Shown here in pieces: positions 48,450-60,118 of a stretch of 64,000 nucleotides of DNA; the first letter of the stretch is position 1, and the number at the start of each line of letters is the position of its first letter. Position numbers and translations under genes: made by a program. This DNA comes from Paraphysomonas bandaiensis (taxonomy: Eukaryota; Protista; Chrysophyceae). The notes beneath the pieces were generated by a model, which saw nothing but the letters and a program-made list of their open reading frames with translations, was not told the DNA's origin and searched no databases. The stretch spans positions 1 through 64,000 of the forward strand of contig CBFFRP010000129.1 in assembly GCA_965644295.1 (NCBI GenBank), given 5' to 3'.

Positions 48450-50849
48450 ATGGAAGAGAGTGTTAGTTTGCCGGCAATAAGGGTTCCACCCGGCTCTCAT
48501 GCTGCCTCTGTATCCCTCAAGAAGAAGAGGAATGTGTTGTTTGCCTCAAAGAGCTCAACTAACACTCATCTACCGGATATCACTCCACAAAAACACAAAA
48601 CAAAGAAAAAGAGAAAGGCAGAGAAGAGCAAACGACCCTCTGAGGGGGACAGTCAGTCGCATGCAAGGACTACGCCTAGAAGTCCATGCTCATCAACCTC
48701 ACCTCTTAAGGTGTCTATAAAGAAGGTGTCTACCGCTAAGTTAAGAACGAAACGTATGTCAAAATCCCGCATTGCGGATCTGTCTAGTCTTTGCATTCGA
48801 GATCACTTACATACGAATTCTAAGGAAGATAGTAACAGAGTATGAGACGTTACGAATGCTATATAATGTACTTATTATCGAACGTTTGTAGGATTTAGTG
48901 AAATTTTGGTTGGGATGCATCATGTTAATGAGTCGCTCCCGGTTTTTCCACATCATGTCGAAACCGAATCCTTACAACTCACCACAAGCAATTGCACTGA
49001 TGCGTCAAAAAGTCGTAATGTCGAAACGAATTTTGAAGGTACTGAGGGAGCAGTCGAGCTGGTTCCTGCGACGGATAGCTAGACGAGTCATCATTCTAAG
49101 AAAGCATGGTCAGTATACATGATTTTTGTTTCAATTCTTTTTTCACCGCACTGTAATGTGTAACAAAGTTCATCTTTTTCTTTTGTTTCTGGGATTTGAG
49201 CATGCTAATATTTATGCAGGCTGGCGGTTGTTATTGTTCTGGAGGTGTTATAAGCGGAAGAAAGCCGCTATTTTGATTCGACAGCTCTTCCAAGATTTTT
49301 ATCTCTTTCGGCTTCCTTATATTATGCTCCGATACCGCGCCAATGCGGTCCACTTGCAGCGTTATGTACGTGCTTTTGTTGTCACGACGAAGGTTAGAAT
49401 GATTCAATTGCTTTGATGCAGTGTTGTGTGTATAAGTGAGATTGCAGCTGGTGATTGATGCAATGTTGTGTGTATAAGTGAGTTTGCAGCTGGTGCGTAT
49501 ATAAACTGTCCTGATTATGCATATGTACACCTGTGTAGGTCCGTGTGATGGCATTGTCAATGAGGTGGAAGCAAATCGAGGACGATATGAGGGCTAACCT
49601 TATTCCACGTTTATTGGACCAGAGACACCGAGAGGTCGTTCAGCAGAAGCTCTTGCAGGCATCAGAGGAGAATATGAAGTGGAAGGTAGTGCGACAGAGG
49701 AGTGACCATTGTATAATGTGGTACTATTGTAGAGGGTGAAACTAGATGGCGCAATATTTCCCCAGCTAGCTGAGAGAGTCAATAGGTGATATCTATTCTA
49801 TGCTTAATTCTCATTCTTAATTTTCACCAGAGCTACATATGCTACTGTTAAATTGAACCAGTGTATTAATGATAGCGAAAAAAGGATAAGTGGGTGAGTA
49901 GCTTGTGTAGGCTACTATCAGTATGACTGTACCCGATTATGTATATTTAGTAGAATAGAACTGACTAGTTGGTGATATCGCCTTACTGAACGGATCGCCT
50001 TTTTTCTGCAGATACCAAAGAAAGGTTATGCAGAGTGATATATTTAATCCAGAGGTCGAAGATATGAGGCGACAACGCATGCAAGACCGGCTCAACAAAC
50101 AGACTGCTCACCGCCGAGCCATAGACAGAACCTCTCGAGGCCCTTCAAGGAAGGTAAAGGCGAAGAAAGCATCTAAGTATGATCCAGTGGATTTGGGACT
50201 AAAGCCGTCGCCTCCTCTCTCCCAAAGGTACGCCTGCATGTCGTTACTATCACTTATGAGTTTATTCCACTCGAGAGGTGCAGGAAGTTCTTAATCAAGT
50301 TTTGATACATAAAAGTAGTTTCATATGATTGACACTGCTATGCAGGGCAAAAGAAAAGATAATATACCACTTTCTGTTTGAGGCGAGGAGGCTCTATAAA
50401 GAGATTGAAATGGAAAGAAAAATGTGAGAAAAAAATACAGATTGTATTCCGAATTTATTACTCAATGTGTTGTTAGCATTCGAGAAAAGAAAAAGTTGGT
50501 GGGACTTTCTGTCGAGGAGGTACAGCACCATGTACAGCACCACTATAATATCCATATAAGCATGTTATGTACATGTGACTCATTCATCAGCTTTATAAAA
50601 TGTTCCGTTGTAATTTTTGTACGATAGGTTAAAGATATGCTATCCAGCAAAAGGGCAGTAGACAAATTTGCTGAGTTGCTCTGCGCTCAAGACTTAAAAT
50701 CGAAAAGTGTTAGTGCATTTTACACGGTGCTCGTTGTTTCTGGTAACCCGTGTTTGTAGACTACCATGTTGGTGTACACTGGACAAACCGCCGAGAACTT
50801 CCGATCCTTGGTTGAATTTCACCTAAAGAAAGAAATCGGATTTATATAG
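48450..50849 (+). CDS. Hypothetical basic protein with IQ-like motifs; many short introns
   Basis: Chain of short exons bounded by GT/AG; AAILIRQLFQ and AVHLQRYVRAF IQ-like segments; last exon ends KKEIGFI* at 50849. Confidence 0.55.
49414..49495 (+). repeat. Intronic tandem duplication, 2 x 42 bp
   Basis: TGATGCAGTGTTGTGTGTATAAGTGAGATTGCAGCTGGTG repeated with 2 substitutions. Confidence 0.85.
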
Positions 50850-50891
50850 CACAGAAAAATATGTACCAGTTATTGCGTCAGTATATTTTTG

Positions 50892-50972
50892 CTGTGGTTC
50901 GAATTATATATATGTTGCTGACTGTGGTTCGAATTAAATATATGTTGTTGACTGTGACTAGAATTAAATATA
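50892..50972 (+). repeat. Minisatellite, about 3 x 30 bp
   Basis: CTGTGGTTCGAATTAWATATATGTTGYTGA units starting at 50892, 50922 and 50952. Confidence 0.85.
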
Positions 50973-51259
50973 CGTATTTGGTAGCTGGACCAAAGTATTA
51001 CACATTATGTGATATCCTTGTTTGTATGTGACATGACCTGACGCCTACATATTCAATGTTGAGTAGACTGCAATTCTATATTCGTTGTAACTTTGTCATA
51101 AGTATAGTTTCCTTACGGTTTAGTCTTTTCATATGTCGTACACGAAATCAGTACCGTGTGTCTACGTTTCCCTATTAGCGGCACAAGTTGCTAATTTTAA
51201 CCATAGATGACACAACGCTCTCATTAATTAAACATATCACTTATCACTGATGTTAACCT

Positions 51260-51554
51260 TATTAGAATATGGATCTAATTCTATGTATATTTAGTATGTC
51301 ACTTGAAGACAATGTACGAGAATACAGTGATTTATAGTGATGTACAAATGCTGTGATGATATTGAGAAACTGAAATAGTTTGATCTTTCAAGATATGTTT
51401 AGTAACGAGAGGTTCACATATGTAGGATATTATGCATGGAACAAAATGAGTTAGTGTTGGTTATCACAACTTCGTGTAAACGATATTAATAAATCTATCT
51501 AGTCTTACGACAGATTCTCTCTGTGATCTAGTGAACAATGAGCAATTTCCAACA
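51260..51554. mobile_element. Solo-LTR-like element copy 1 (295 bp), TSD AACCT
   Basis: TATTAG...CCAACA flanked by AACCT at 51255-51259 and 51555-51559. Confidence 0.8.
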
Positions 51555-51965
51555 AACCTCATCATACGTAAACTTTAAACTTGCTTTTTAATCATTTATC
51601 ATATACAATGTCATCTTATCGGACATCAGACATACGGTAGAAAATACCTGTTAAATAATTATACAAGATTTTTTTACTCCGTAGACTTAGCCATGACTTC
51701 AATCTGCATCACATCATGTCTATATATCACAACAGTTATAACCAACATTTACACGAGGCACCTATTCTACTACACAGCGTATATGCGTCCGATGAAACAC
51801 GGAACTACTGTGTTTAACCTCGCTAGCTGCTTCACTCTTGAGTAGCCCCGTGAAAACATAAGAGGAATACATCACAATTTTAAATATTCTGGGAATGCAA
51901 AGACCCCAAGTCACTTGGGGTCATGTCTTTTCACATAAATGCGCGCAAATCGATGTACATTCATT

Positions 51966-52259
51966 TATTAGAATATGGATCTGATTCTAGTATATTCAGT
52001 ATGTCACTTGAAGACAATGTACGAGAATACAGTGATTTATAGTGATGTACAAATGCTGTGATGATATTGAGAAACTGAAATAGTTTGATCTTTCAAGATA
52101 TGTTTAGTAACGAGAGGTTCACATATGTAGGATATTATGCATGGAACAAAATGAGTTAGTGTTGGTTATCACAACTTCGTGTAAACGATATTAATAAATC
52201 TATCTAGTCTTACGACAAATTCTCTCTGTGATCTAGTGAACAATGAGCAATTCTCAATA
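51966..52259. mobile_element. Solo-LTR-like element copy 2 (294 bp), TSD TCATT
   Basis: TATTAG...TCAATA flanked by TCATT at 51961-51965 and 52260-52264; about 7 differences from copy 1. Confidence 0.8.
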
Positions 52260-52499
52260 TCATTCGGTAACTGATTGTGCACTTTACATAGGTGAACCAT
52301 CACTGAGAATTACATCATGATAGGCATTACCACTAAAGGATTACAAGGTCATTATACAAGGGAATTTGTCCGATTATTTTACATATAGAGAGGAGCGGGA
52401 AAATTGCTTCTAGTCTATTGGGGTACGATATCAATTCTTGTTATGTAAAATATCACCTGGAGGCAGGATTACTGTAGTGGCTCATAAAATATAACCAGT

Positions 52500-55459
52500 T
52501 CAGGAACTATCCAATTTCAAAAGGGCAGGAGAATACGTTAACAACCTCTTCATTTCACTCGACTTAACCAGAGCACTGACATTCTTCCCATGAATAGTTG
52601 ATGCCATCACCACGGTAGATTGTTCCACTCTTTCAATGGGATTAATGTTCTTACGAATACATGTATCAAGTAGACTACTGTCGAAACAGTGGGTGGCTGC
52701 AACAACAACATGCAATTGTGCACTGTCTATCTCCAGTCCTCCTGACTTTGTCAAAGCATCAATTAAATCAAAACATTTATTTCGTTCTTCTTGCTGTTCA
52801 TCAACTCCTACATGAGCTGTTTCGGGCATGGAGAGTAGCGATTTTTGCCACTTCTTGTACCACAACTCTCCAGGATTAATAATAGTTGGTCTCACTGCCC
52901 CAGCATCATCTAGTTGCTCAAACCGCTTGTCCAACAACTTTGGAAGCTTTGTTAGGTCGATAAACGTTTTGTCGGGTACTGCTGCGATATCTTCATGTGA
53001 TGAATTTATCGTACTATTTTCTCCGTCATTCTCCTGTGTCATGACGTATGAAATCAGGCAAAGAGAAAGAGCTAAACTTACCACTTCTTCACCATTTTTT
53101 CCACTAATTTCTGGAACTGCTTCTGCAATAGCAAAACGAAAATGAAATATATGCATCGTGATATAGGTGTTGTATATTCACATAGTAAATAATTCACATA
53201 CATTTAGTGTGTATTCTCACCTTCTGTACTCAGATTCAATTCTCCTCTTCCTTCATCCTGATTACATTCTTTGACTTCACTAAGACGACGACATGGAATA
53301 TCATTAAAGTCCGCAACGTCCATGAAGCAATCGTCTTCACACTCGTTGTCATCCATATCAGATTCATAACTGTCAGAGGCAGACATTGAGCAAACGCTGG
53401 GCAAAGAAGCACCATCATATGATTTCTCCAACTTTTGATCTTCAAGAGATTGCTCTTTCATATCCCCAAGCATATCGTGCATTGCCGCAACGTGGCTTTT
53501 GACAGCAGTAAGTTTTTCTTTCAAACTTGCGGCTGCATGAGAAGAATACGATAATAAGTCTGACGGAATGTGGTATTTCACGAATAGCTCTATCAAATCC
53601 TGCGTCAGTTGAATTTCCTTGGTGAGACTATCGGGTGGTAGGTTTAGAACCTTCTCTAGTAGTGGTTTGATCTGAATTACGCACATACCAAACATAGTAC
53701 TTTCCAGTTGCATGCTGCGGAAAGCCTTTGCGAACCTCTGCTGCTCTGGAGAGAGACTTGAAATGGCATCTTTGAATGCCTTGGCGGAGGGAATAGTGTG
53801 TAGATCCAGTGGAATGCTGATTTCGTCCTTGTTCTGCACAAGTATGCCATACTTGGGCTCAAATGCGTAAGGTCCAGAAATGCGTCCGATTAGCACTATG
53901 TAACTGCTGAACTGCCTTGACTGCGCCCGCAACATCAGCTGAGCAGGGCCGCTGCTGTCCCGCTCAAAGCAATGCATTAGAAGAGCATGCAAATACCTTT
54001 CACCTGTAAACGTGACTGATGCAGAGGCACTAAGGGAAAAACTCATCGGAATCACCTCACTACCACTTTCATGACTCATTTGAGTAACAACTGGTTCAGG
54101 GATAGTCCCTAAGTTCTGCTCGATACTCAGTATACCCTCCGGGGAATGTTCAGTTGATCGACGAACAACATGACAAAAAGGGCGAGGCGCATACTCATTT
54201 CGAAACAGCTTATAGAAATGATAGTTCATATACACAGCAAAATCCAATGGGGTAATAACTTTACCGATGGCACTCACGAGCTGATGTCGCAGCATGTCTT
54301 CTATAAAGTCCACGCCACGTTTAAAGGCTAGACACACATCTCTCATATGATGTAAGACACTCAATAGTTGGCCATGAACAGATGTAATCAGGTTATTCGA
54401 AGAATTAGTATCGCAAAATGTGTTTTTAATTTGCTCAATCTTTTGCATGAGAGTTCGTTGCTCTTCAACCAAAAAAGCATTCATATCTTCCATCTTAAGT
54501 ACAGAAGTGTGCTCAGCATGTTCTTCAATATGTCTACCTACTGCATCGCCACATTTCGATTCATTTCTGGAGATTTCATAACAAGATTCATCGATATGAT
54601 ATGGAATCTCTTCCAATAGTGGTACAACAGGTATGAAAACAGAAGTCGCATTTATTGCACTCATATCCAATGACTTAACTTGTTGTATCGGAAAAATATT
54701 CTCTGTAAAATAAGCGTACACATTATTGCACCATGCAGAGAAAGATTTAAAGAAACAAACTGCACTTTCCACCTGATCGTTGCGGCGAGGAGTGTGACAC
54801 GCATGGTCCTGTCGGCTAATTTTGAATGTAGGTGTAATGGGTAACGTAAGGGAACCAGAAGTTGGGGTAATTAAGTGAAGCAACCATGTGATGTTCACAT
54901 CAACTGCATCTCTTACATACACGTCCGAGCGTGGCAGCTCAAAAGTATTGGTTTTTATCTCTTGGCTTGCGTTCTGAGACTGGATACACACTACATCATT
55001 AGAAAACTCTCCCGCACCAGCGAATGCTTCAATCTCGTACAGAAAACTAAACTTCCAAAAGTATTCCGTGATGGTCTGTACAGACTTACTCGATAAACTT
55101 AACCCAAAATTCGATGAAATAACTCGTTTAGTTTTTGATGTCTCCTTTCGTTCAGCTTCTCTGCTGAATGAGCACCTCTCTGTGCACTTAAAGCGCACAG
55201 TTACTGCCCTAGTGCTAGCCCATTCAATCATTTTCATGAAGTGTTCAAGAGTGAAACCCAAATGAAACATACTAGCACATACACTCGACACAGCAGTGTT
55301 TGTTAGGAACTCTGATAGCATGTACTTGTCACTGTATCTGTGCTGCGCATCAGCCGCATACACGGGGTTTCTATTCACATCCAGCACCCGTCTGACATGC
55401 ACCAGCGCTTCTTCCACTTGTTCTCTCATGGAAGTATCGTATTCATCATAGGACGACAT
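52500..55459 (-). CDS. Conserved-looking uncharacterised protein (about 950 aa); 2 exons
   Basis: Long ORFs 53204..55783 (likely ATG 55459, MSSYDEY) and 52500..53156; ordered motifs TPRRN, QLVSAIGK, SLSPEQQRFAKAFRSMQLESTMF, FDLIDALTKSG, NINPIERVE. Confidence 0.75.
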
Positions 55460-55821
55460 CTTGACGACGGTGTTATGATTATGTATGTGTATGATATGAG
55501 CCGGTGTGTGTATGGGTAGGTTCCTATACAGCATACACGTACAGTGTACAGCAGTACCTACAGTTCTACACAATCGACACAAAGATACCATCTGTGATCT
55601 GCACATTCCTATAGGTGTACACATGCTGCTGTATGTTACTGTACCTGGTATAGGTATACAGCAGCTGCTATGGTACAGTACAGTATACTGTGGCTGTAGT
55701 TCGTAGATGTGTGGGCTGGGAAGTGAAGTCCTTCTTGTCCAATCAACAACAAACTGCCGCATGCATCTCATATCTAAACACACACACTGGACTGGCGTAA
55801 CTCATAGTTCATATTCATAGC
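55460..55821. promoter_or_regulatory. Putative bidirectional promoter rich in TACAG/CTGTA
   Basis: 362-bp divergent gap; TACAG repeated throughout 55525-55690. Confidence 0.45.
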
Positions 55822-56502
55822 ATGCCAGAGAAAGAACACCCTAAAGGTCAGAGGGCAAGAAATCTCGACAATACGAGTGCAGGCAAGAAGAGGAAGCTGT
55901 CGAGTGGTCCCAGCGATGCGAATAAAAGAAATAAGTCTCAACCAAACAATAAATCCAATAATACCAAGTTTACAAGGAGAGATTCACAGGGCGTGACGAA
56001 GAAACCAAAGACAGGTGCTAAGAAAGATAGCGATACTGTGAGAAGACAACAGACTGACAGTCGGAAGGACGACACGCCTGCACGAGATGCTAATGAAGCG
56101 CCTGTGGCCCCTCCTAAAAAAAAGAAACCAAAACATCTGAAAAGAAAACTGGCTGAAGCGGAGTCCAAAAATGACGAAGACACCATTCGTGCTTTACAAG
56201 AACAGCAACAAGAGTTAGATTCGATCAAGCAGGAGCGTGCAAGTAAATGGGAAACGCTATGCAAAAGTCTTGTTGGAGAGGATAAATGGGACCAAGATAA
56301 GTTTGATCGATTGATCCAGGCTGGACTTAATAAAAAGAAACTTCTGGAGGCCCTGGGTGTTGTGGAGTCAGCAGTTAAGAAAAATCCACGGGAAGACAAG
56401 AGGAAACTTATCAGCAGGAAGAAGAAAAGGGACAAAAAATCTGCCAGCGTGAAAGGCAATGTAGGCTCTGATAATACTCTTGCGAAGAATAGCACTAAGT
56501 AA
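55822..56502 (+). CDS. Lys-rich, probably nuclear/nucleolar hypothetical protein (226 aa)
   Basis: Single-exon ORF; NLS-like KKRK and KKKKPKHLKRKL; short coiled coil. Confidence 0.65.
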   Translation: MPEKEHPKGQRARNLDNTSAGKKRKLSSGPSDANKRNKSQPNNKSNNTKFTRRDSQGVTKKPKTGAKKDSDTVRRQQTDSRKDDTPARDANEAPVAPPKKKKPKHLKRKLAEAESKNDEDTIRALQEQQQELDSIKQERASKWETLCKSLVGEDKWDQDKFDRLIQAGLNKKKLLEALGVVESAVKKNPREDKRKLISRKKKRDKKSASVKGNVGSDNTLAKNSTK

Positions 56503-56652
56503 TATTATTAATCTCTTTGTTATATATAGGAAATTTAACTAGTGTTCGGATATTAGAATAATTTTAAGGGATAGTATCTTTCTTCACTGAGGTATTTTTT
56601 CCACAATAACACAATACGTTTGGATGAAATTAGTGCTACCACAGAATTATCA

Positions 56653-57121
56653 AGTAGTGAATGTTCTATTATTAGCAATAGGTGTTGTAGAGTCAATGCT
56701 TAACTCTGATATCCTACTACTTAACGCTACGGAGGCTGCTTGTGCGTCGCCGCAAGCACCAATGTGCAACCACTTTCGCTCTGTGTGCAAGCAAAATGTT
56801 GACATACCTGACATCTGCTAACTTCAGGTTTTCTTAGTCCTTAAGGTGAACAACCCAGATGCTTGACTTCAGCAGGCAGCCCAATATCCCGGTTACCCTT
56901 CAGGTGGGCCCTGTCCCGGAAGCCTGTTTATTCGTCAAGACCCAAAGACGTGTACCAAGTGACACTAGTTAGTGTCCCTTGTACCACACAAGCATTTGGC
57001 TATGTGTGGACAGAACGTTATCTGCTAACTATATATGCGGCTCACGTTAGTTTCCCAGAAAAATATCTCTGGTACTTATCACCCAGAACACCACGAAAAG
57101 GTGCGAGTCCGACTTTGTTGA
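56653..57121 (-). mobile_element. Dispersed repeat R1 copy D (reverse orientation, near full length)
   Basis: Reverse complement runs TCAACAAAGTCGGACTCGCAC... to ...CTATTGCTAATAATAGAACATTCACTACT, colinear with copy B. Confidence 0.85.
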
Positions 57122-57410
57122 CAGACATAATTATCAAAAAAAGTTGAAACACATATGTCTACTACTAAATTTCTGAATCACTTCTAGTTTTAATTTACCA
57201 CAACTGTATAGTACTTATCTTTACGATGTCCGCGTTTATTATTCCCTTACAATCCAGGTTTGAGTAACATACGATTAGATTAATTAGTATTAAAGGTATA
57301 ATTTCAATTATTGTTATTGGTAAATGTTGCCAATTGATTGGATGGCTTAGTTACATATATCATCTTAAGATGTTTAGTTACTGATCATATATATATTATA
57401 TATATATTAA

Positions 57411-58530
57411 AAGTCTTATTATTTAGCAATAGGCGTTAAAAATCTGCACCAATGTAGTGGCTAGTTGAATGCTAGACAGACTATTTAGACCTCTACCCAT
57501 ATAACTAATCAGCACAAATTCTGTTATCCTACTATTTAGCGCTACAGAAGCTGCTTGTGCGGCGCCGTAAGCACCATGGTGTGACCACTTCCGTTCTTAA
57601 TGTTGATTGTGAGGTTCGCCATGATCGTGTGTCCGAGGACTCACTGGCGTGTGTGATCAGGGGTCTCCCCTAGAGATGAGGTTCCACCGGGCTCTTGAGG
57701 TACAGGATTCTGTAGTGATGTCCTGAGTGTACCGAGTGCTATATGGGTGTGCTGAGAGGTGGGTGGTGTGGTGGAATGTGGCGTTGTTGTCTCAGTGCAC
57801 TGTTTGGGCGTCAGGCATAGGTGGAGTTGCCGAAGACGGCGTCATTGTCGAGGACCTGAAGGTTTCATGCGGGCCGGAGATATGGTCCTGTGTGTATGAG
57901 TGGTAGGGTTCATGTGTGCGGTGGACGATGGTCCAGTCTCGGGTCGTCTGCGGATTCCTAGTAATCGTAGCACCCTGGGACGTTTCCATGGCTGTCTACG
58001 TGTTTGACGCAGTCGCGGGAGTAGCCTAGGGGGAACTTTTTGTAGGGTAATGTATCGTCGACTGCGATCTTGGATCATGAGCTTTGCTGCAGCAAAAAGC
58101 GGGAGAAGTAGGCTGATGACCGCTGCTTCAAGGTTGCGCACACCTTGAGGTGTCAGGGACTCATGGATATGATCTCCAAAAATCTTCTCGGTTTGAGCAG
58201 TGGTGATGGTGCCTGTCCAGAATCTCTCCACCTGTGGGAAGGAGGGGCTCCATGCCCTGCTGGAGAGCCACTGTTGTGCATTGGTGGTCCAGTGGGGTAG
58301 ATCCAGATCTCTCAGTGTCTATTGAAGCACGTTTTTGTGGCTGTGAAAGGCAGTCTCCCGTATCTGGGTGATGGTGTCATTTGTGCAGTCTAGGCACATG
58401 TACTAGAGTGAGTCTAGTCGAAATCCGCAGTCAGAACATGCAGCTTTGACCAGAGGTCAAGACCTTGTTTGGTTTTAGCCCAGTTTCTCCCAATGCTGAA
58501 AAAATTGTCCCATGTCAATGCTGCATTGAG
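57411..58530 (-). mobile_element. 5'-truncated, decayed non-LTR (LINE) remnant: ORF2 C-terminus plus 3' UTR
   Basis: Minus strand, with stops and frameshifts: TWDNFFSIGRNWAK..CSDCGFRLDSL*YMCLDC (degenerate CCHC)..ERFWTG. The 3' tail (57520-57596 and 57411-57437) is homologous to the R1 tail. Confidence 0.6.
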
Positions 58531-59229
58531 CACTAGTAACTGATCATAGATACAAGCCCATTATCATTTAGCGTAGAAGATTGTTTGTATCTGCACAGTC
58601 ATTTTATCATTTTACTAAGCAATCATCATTGTAAGTGACAGTACAAGGGTCAGTATACACTTTAACCTCAGCACGCAAGGGTAATAGAGCTCATGAGCTT
58701 ACAGCATGTCAGAGATCTTTGACAAAGAACAAACTGAGCACCTCAATAACGATCGTCGCGATACATAGCATAAGGTCTAAAGTAGTTGCAGATATTCAAC
58801 GGCTACAAAATATTCCGGTATAGTGGTGTAATTGACGTTGTGTTGATGTGCGTACAGGTACAGTAGTATGTGTGTGTCGCAAGAATACATCATCCCAAAA
58901 GTATAAGATAATTAATATCTTGCATATATATTTACTCGCCAATAATACGAGTATTGATCAGCCGCCATGCACATGAAAAGATCTCGAATATCAGTAAACG
59001 AATTTATGCTGCCATTACTTTAGTAATACATATAAAGCCGAAGGAAGTAATCGGCAGCAGTGCGCGTAGAGTTATAGGCGCAGAGTATATTCCACTATGC
59101 ATATTCTTACACTTTATCTTTGTATGTACATACAATCTTAATACAAAGAATTATACTATATGCTACACAACTAAGATGTACCCTTGAAACTGGCATAAGT
59201 AGTGTATAATAAGTTGTAAGTTCGCTATA

Positions 59230-59868
59230 CTATTCCGAAATGTGAGTTAGAGTAATATCAAATACTAGATCAGCGTCTCCTGGAATATCTGGCGCACTGC
59301 CTCTTTTGCCGTAACCTAAAGACGATGGTATCACTACTTTTCTTCTTCCTCCCACACTCATTCCTAAGACACCTTCATCCATACCCTTGATAACATCTCC
59401 CGCTCCAACTGCAAACACGAAAGACTTCCCGCTGTCAAATACATATCCATTGGACTGTAAGGTCCCCTTGTATGCGATCGTACACACACAGCCCTTTTCT
59501 ACTGTTTGAGAACCAGTACCCACAGTTATGTCTTGGATTTCAACTCGTTCCCGGGTATCTTCATACTCAGGATCGCCAGCTACGGTATAAGACTGTTTGT
59601 TCTTCACAAGGATTCCTTTTTCTACACCAGATACCAAAGCCCGCTTGAGAACTTTTATATTGTCAACACCAAATTCTTTCACAATGTACTTGTGTATAGC
59701 AGTGACACTGGAACCTGTGCTTGAGCGGATGGATCTGATGGCTGCTACTGCTCTGTCGAGAGTTGTTTTAGGTACACCAGCACCTTTTGGTTTTCTTTTC
59801 GACGGTTGAGAGATTGTGTCCTCACCCTCATTGCATACGGATACGTCATCAGATTTGCGCTTAGGCAT
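59230..59868 (-). CDS. Linker histone H1/H5 (H15) globular domain fused to FKBP-type peptidyl-prolyl isomerase
   Basis: AVAAIRSIRSSTGSSVTAIHKYI..KVLKRALVSGVEKGILVKNKQSY (H15 winged helix); YKGTL..GYVFDS..F.VGAGDVIKGMDEGVLGMSVGGRRKVVIPSSLGYGKRGSAPDIPGDADLVFDITL (FKBP). Confidence 0.88.
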   Translation of the reverse strand: MPKRKSDDVSVCNEGEDTISQPSKRKPKGAGVPKTTLDRAVAAIRSIRSSTGSSVTAIHKYIVKEFGVDNIKVLKRALVSGVEKGILVKNKQSYTVAGDPEYEDTRERVEIQDITVGTGSQTVEKGCVCTIAYKGTLQSNGYVFDSGKSFVFAVGAGDVIKGMDEGVLGMSVGGRRKVVIPSSLGYGKRGSAPDIPGDADLVFDITLTHISE

Positions 59869-60118
59869 TTTAATGGATTATGGCATTCAAGCAGTGGACT
59901 CACTGCCTTGTTTTGCTATACTCAATTGTGCCATGAAAAAAGTGGCAGTTTTTTCATGTATAAACCCCGTTTTTTACATATTTCCATGCTACATAATATC
60001 TAGATATCCAACAGTGTGTGTTGAGTGTACAGTATGTCAAGAGATGACACGGTGGTGTTCTCACAGTGCATAGTACATACTTTAGAGGGCCAGGAGGCAC
60101 CGTGTCGTGACTGGTCAT

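Noticed and set aside
50892-50972. 30-bp repeats containing GGTTCGAAT (CRISPR-like or Pol III B-box-like)
   Set aside because: Head-to-tail units without unique spacers, no cas genes, no A box or cloverleaf; an ordinary minisatellite.
51260-52259. One TRIM/LTR element or Penelope pLTR pair with a 411-bp internal region
   Set aside because: Each repeat has its own distinct 5-bp TSD, the outer flanks do not match, and no PBS, PPT or valid hammerhead was found.
55938-56495. Long antisense ORFs (e.g. 55938..56495, 7773..8339, 8505..9086, 23177..23734)
   Set aside because: Shadows of real genes on the opposite strand; no independent motifs.
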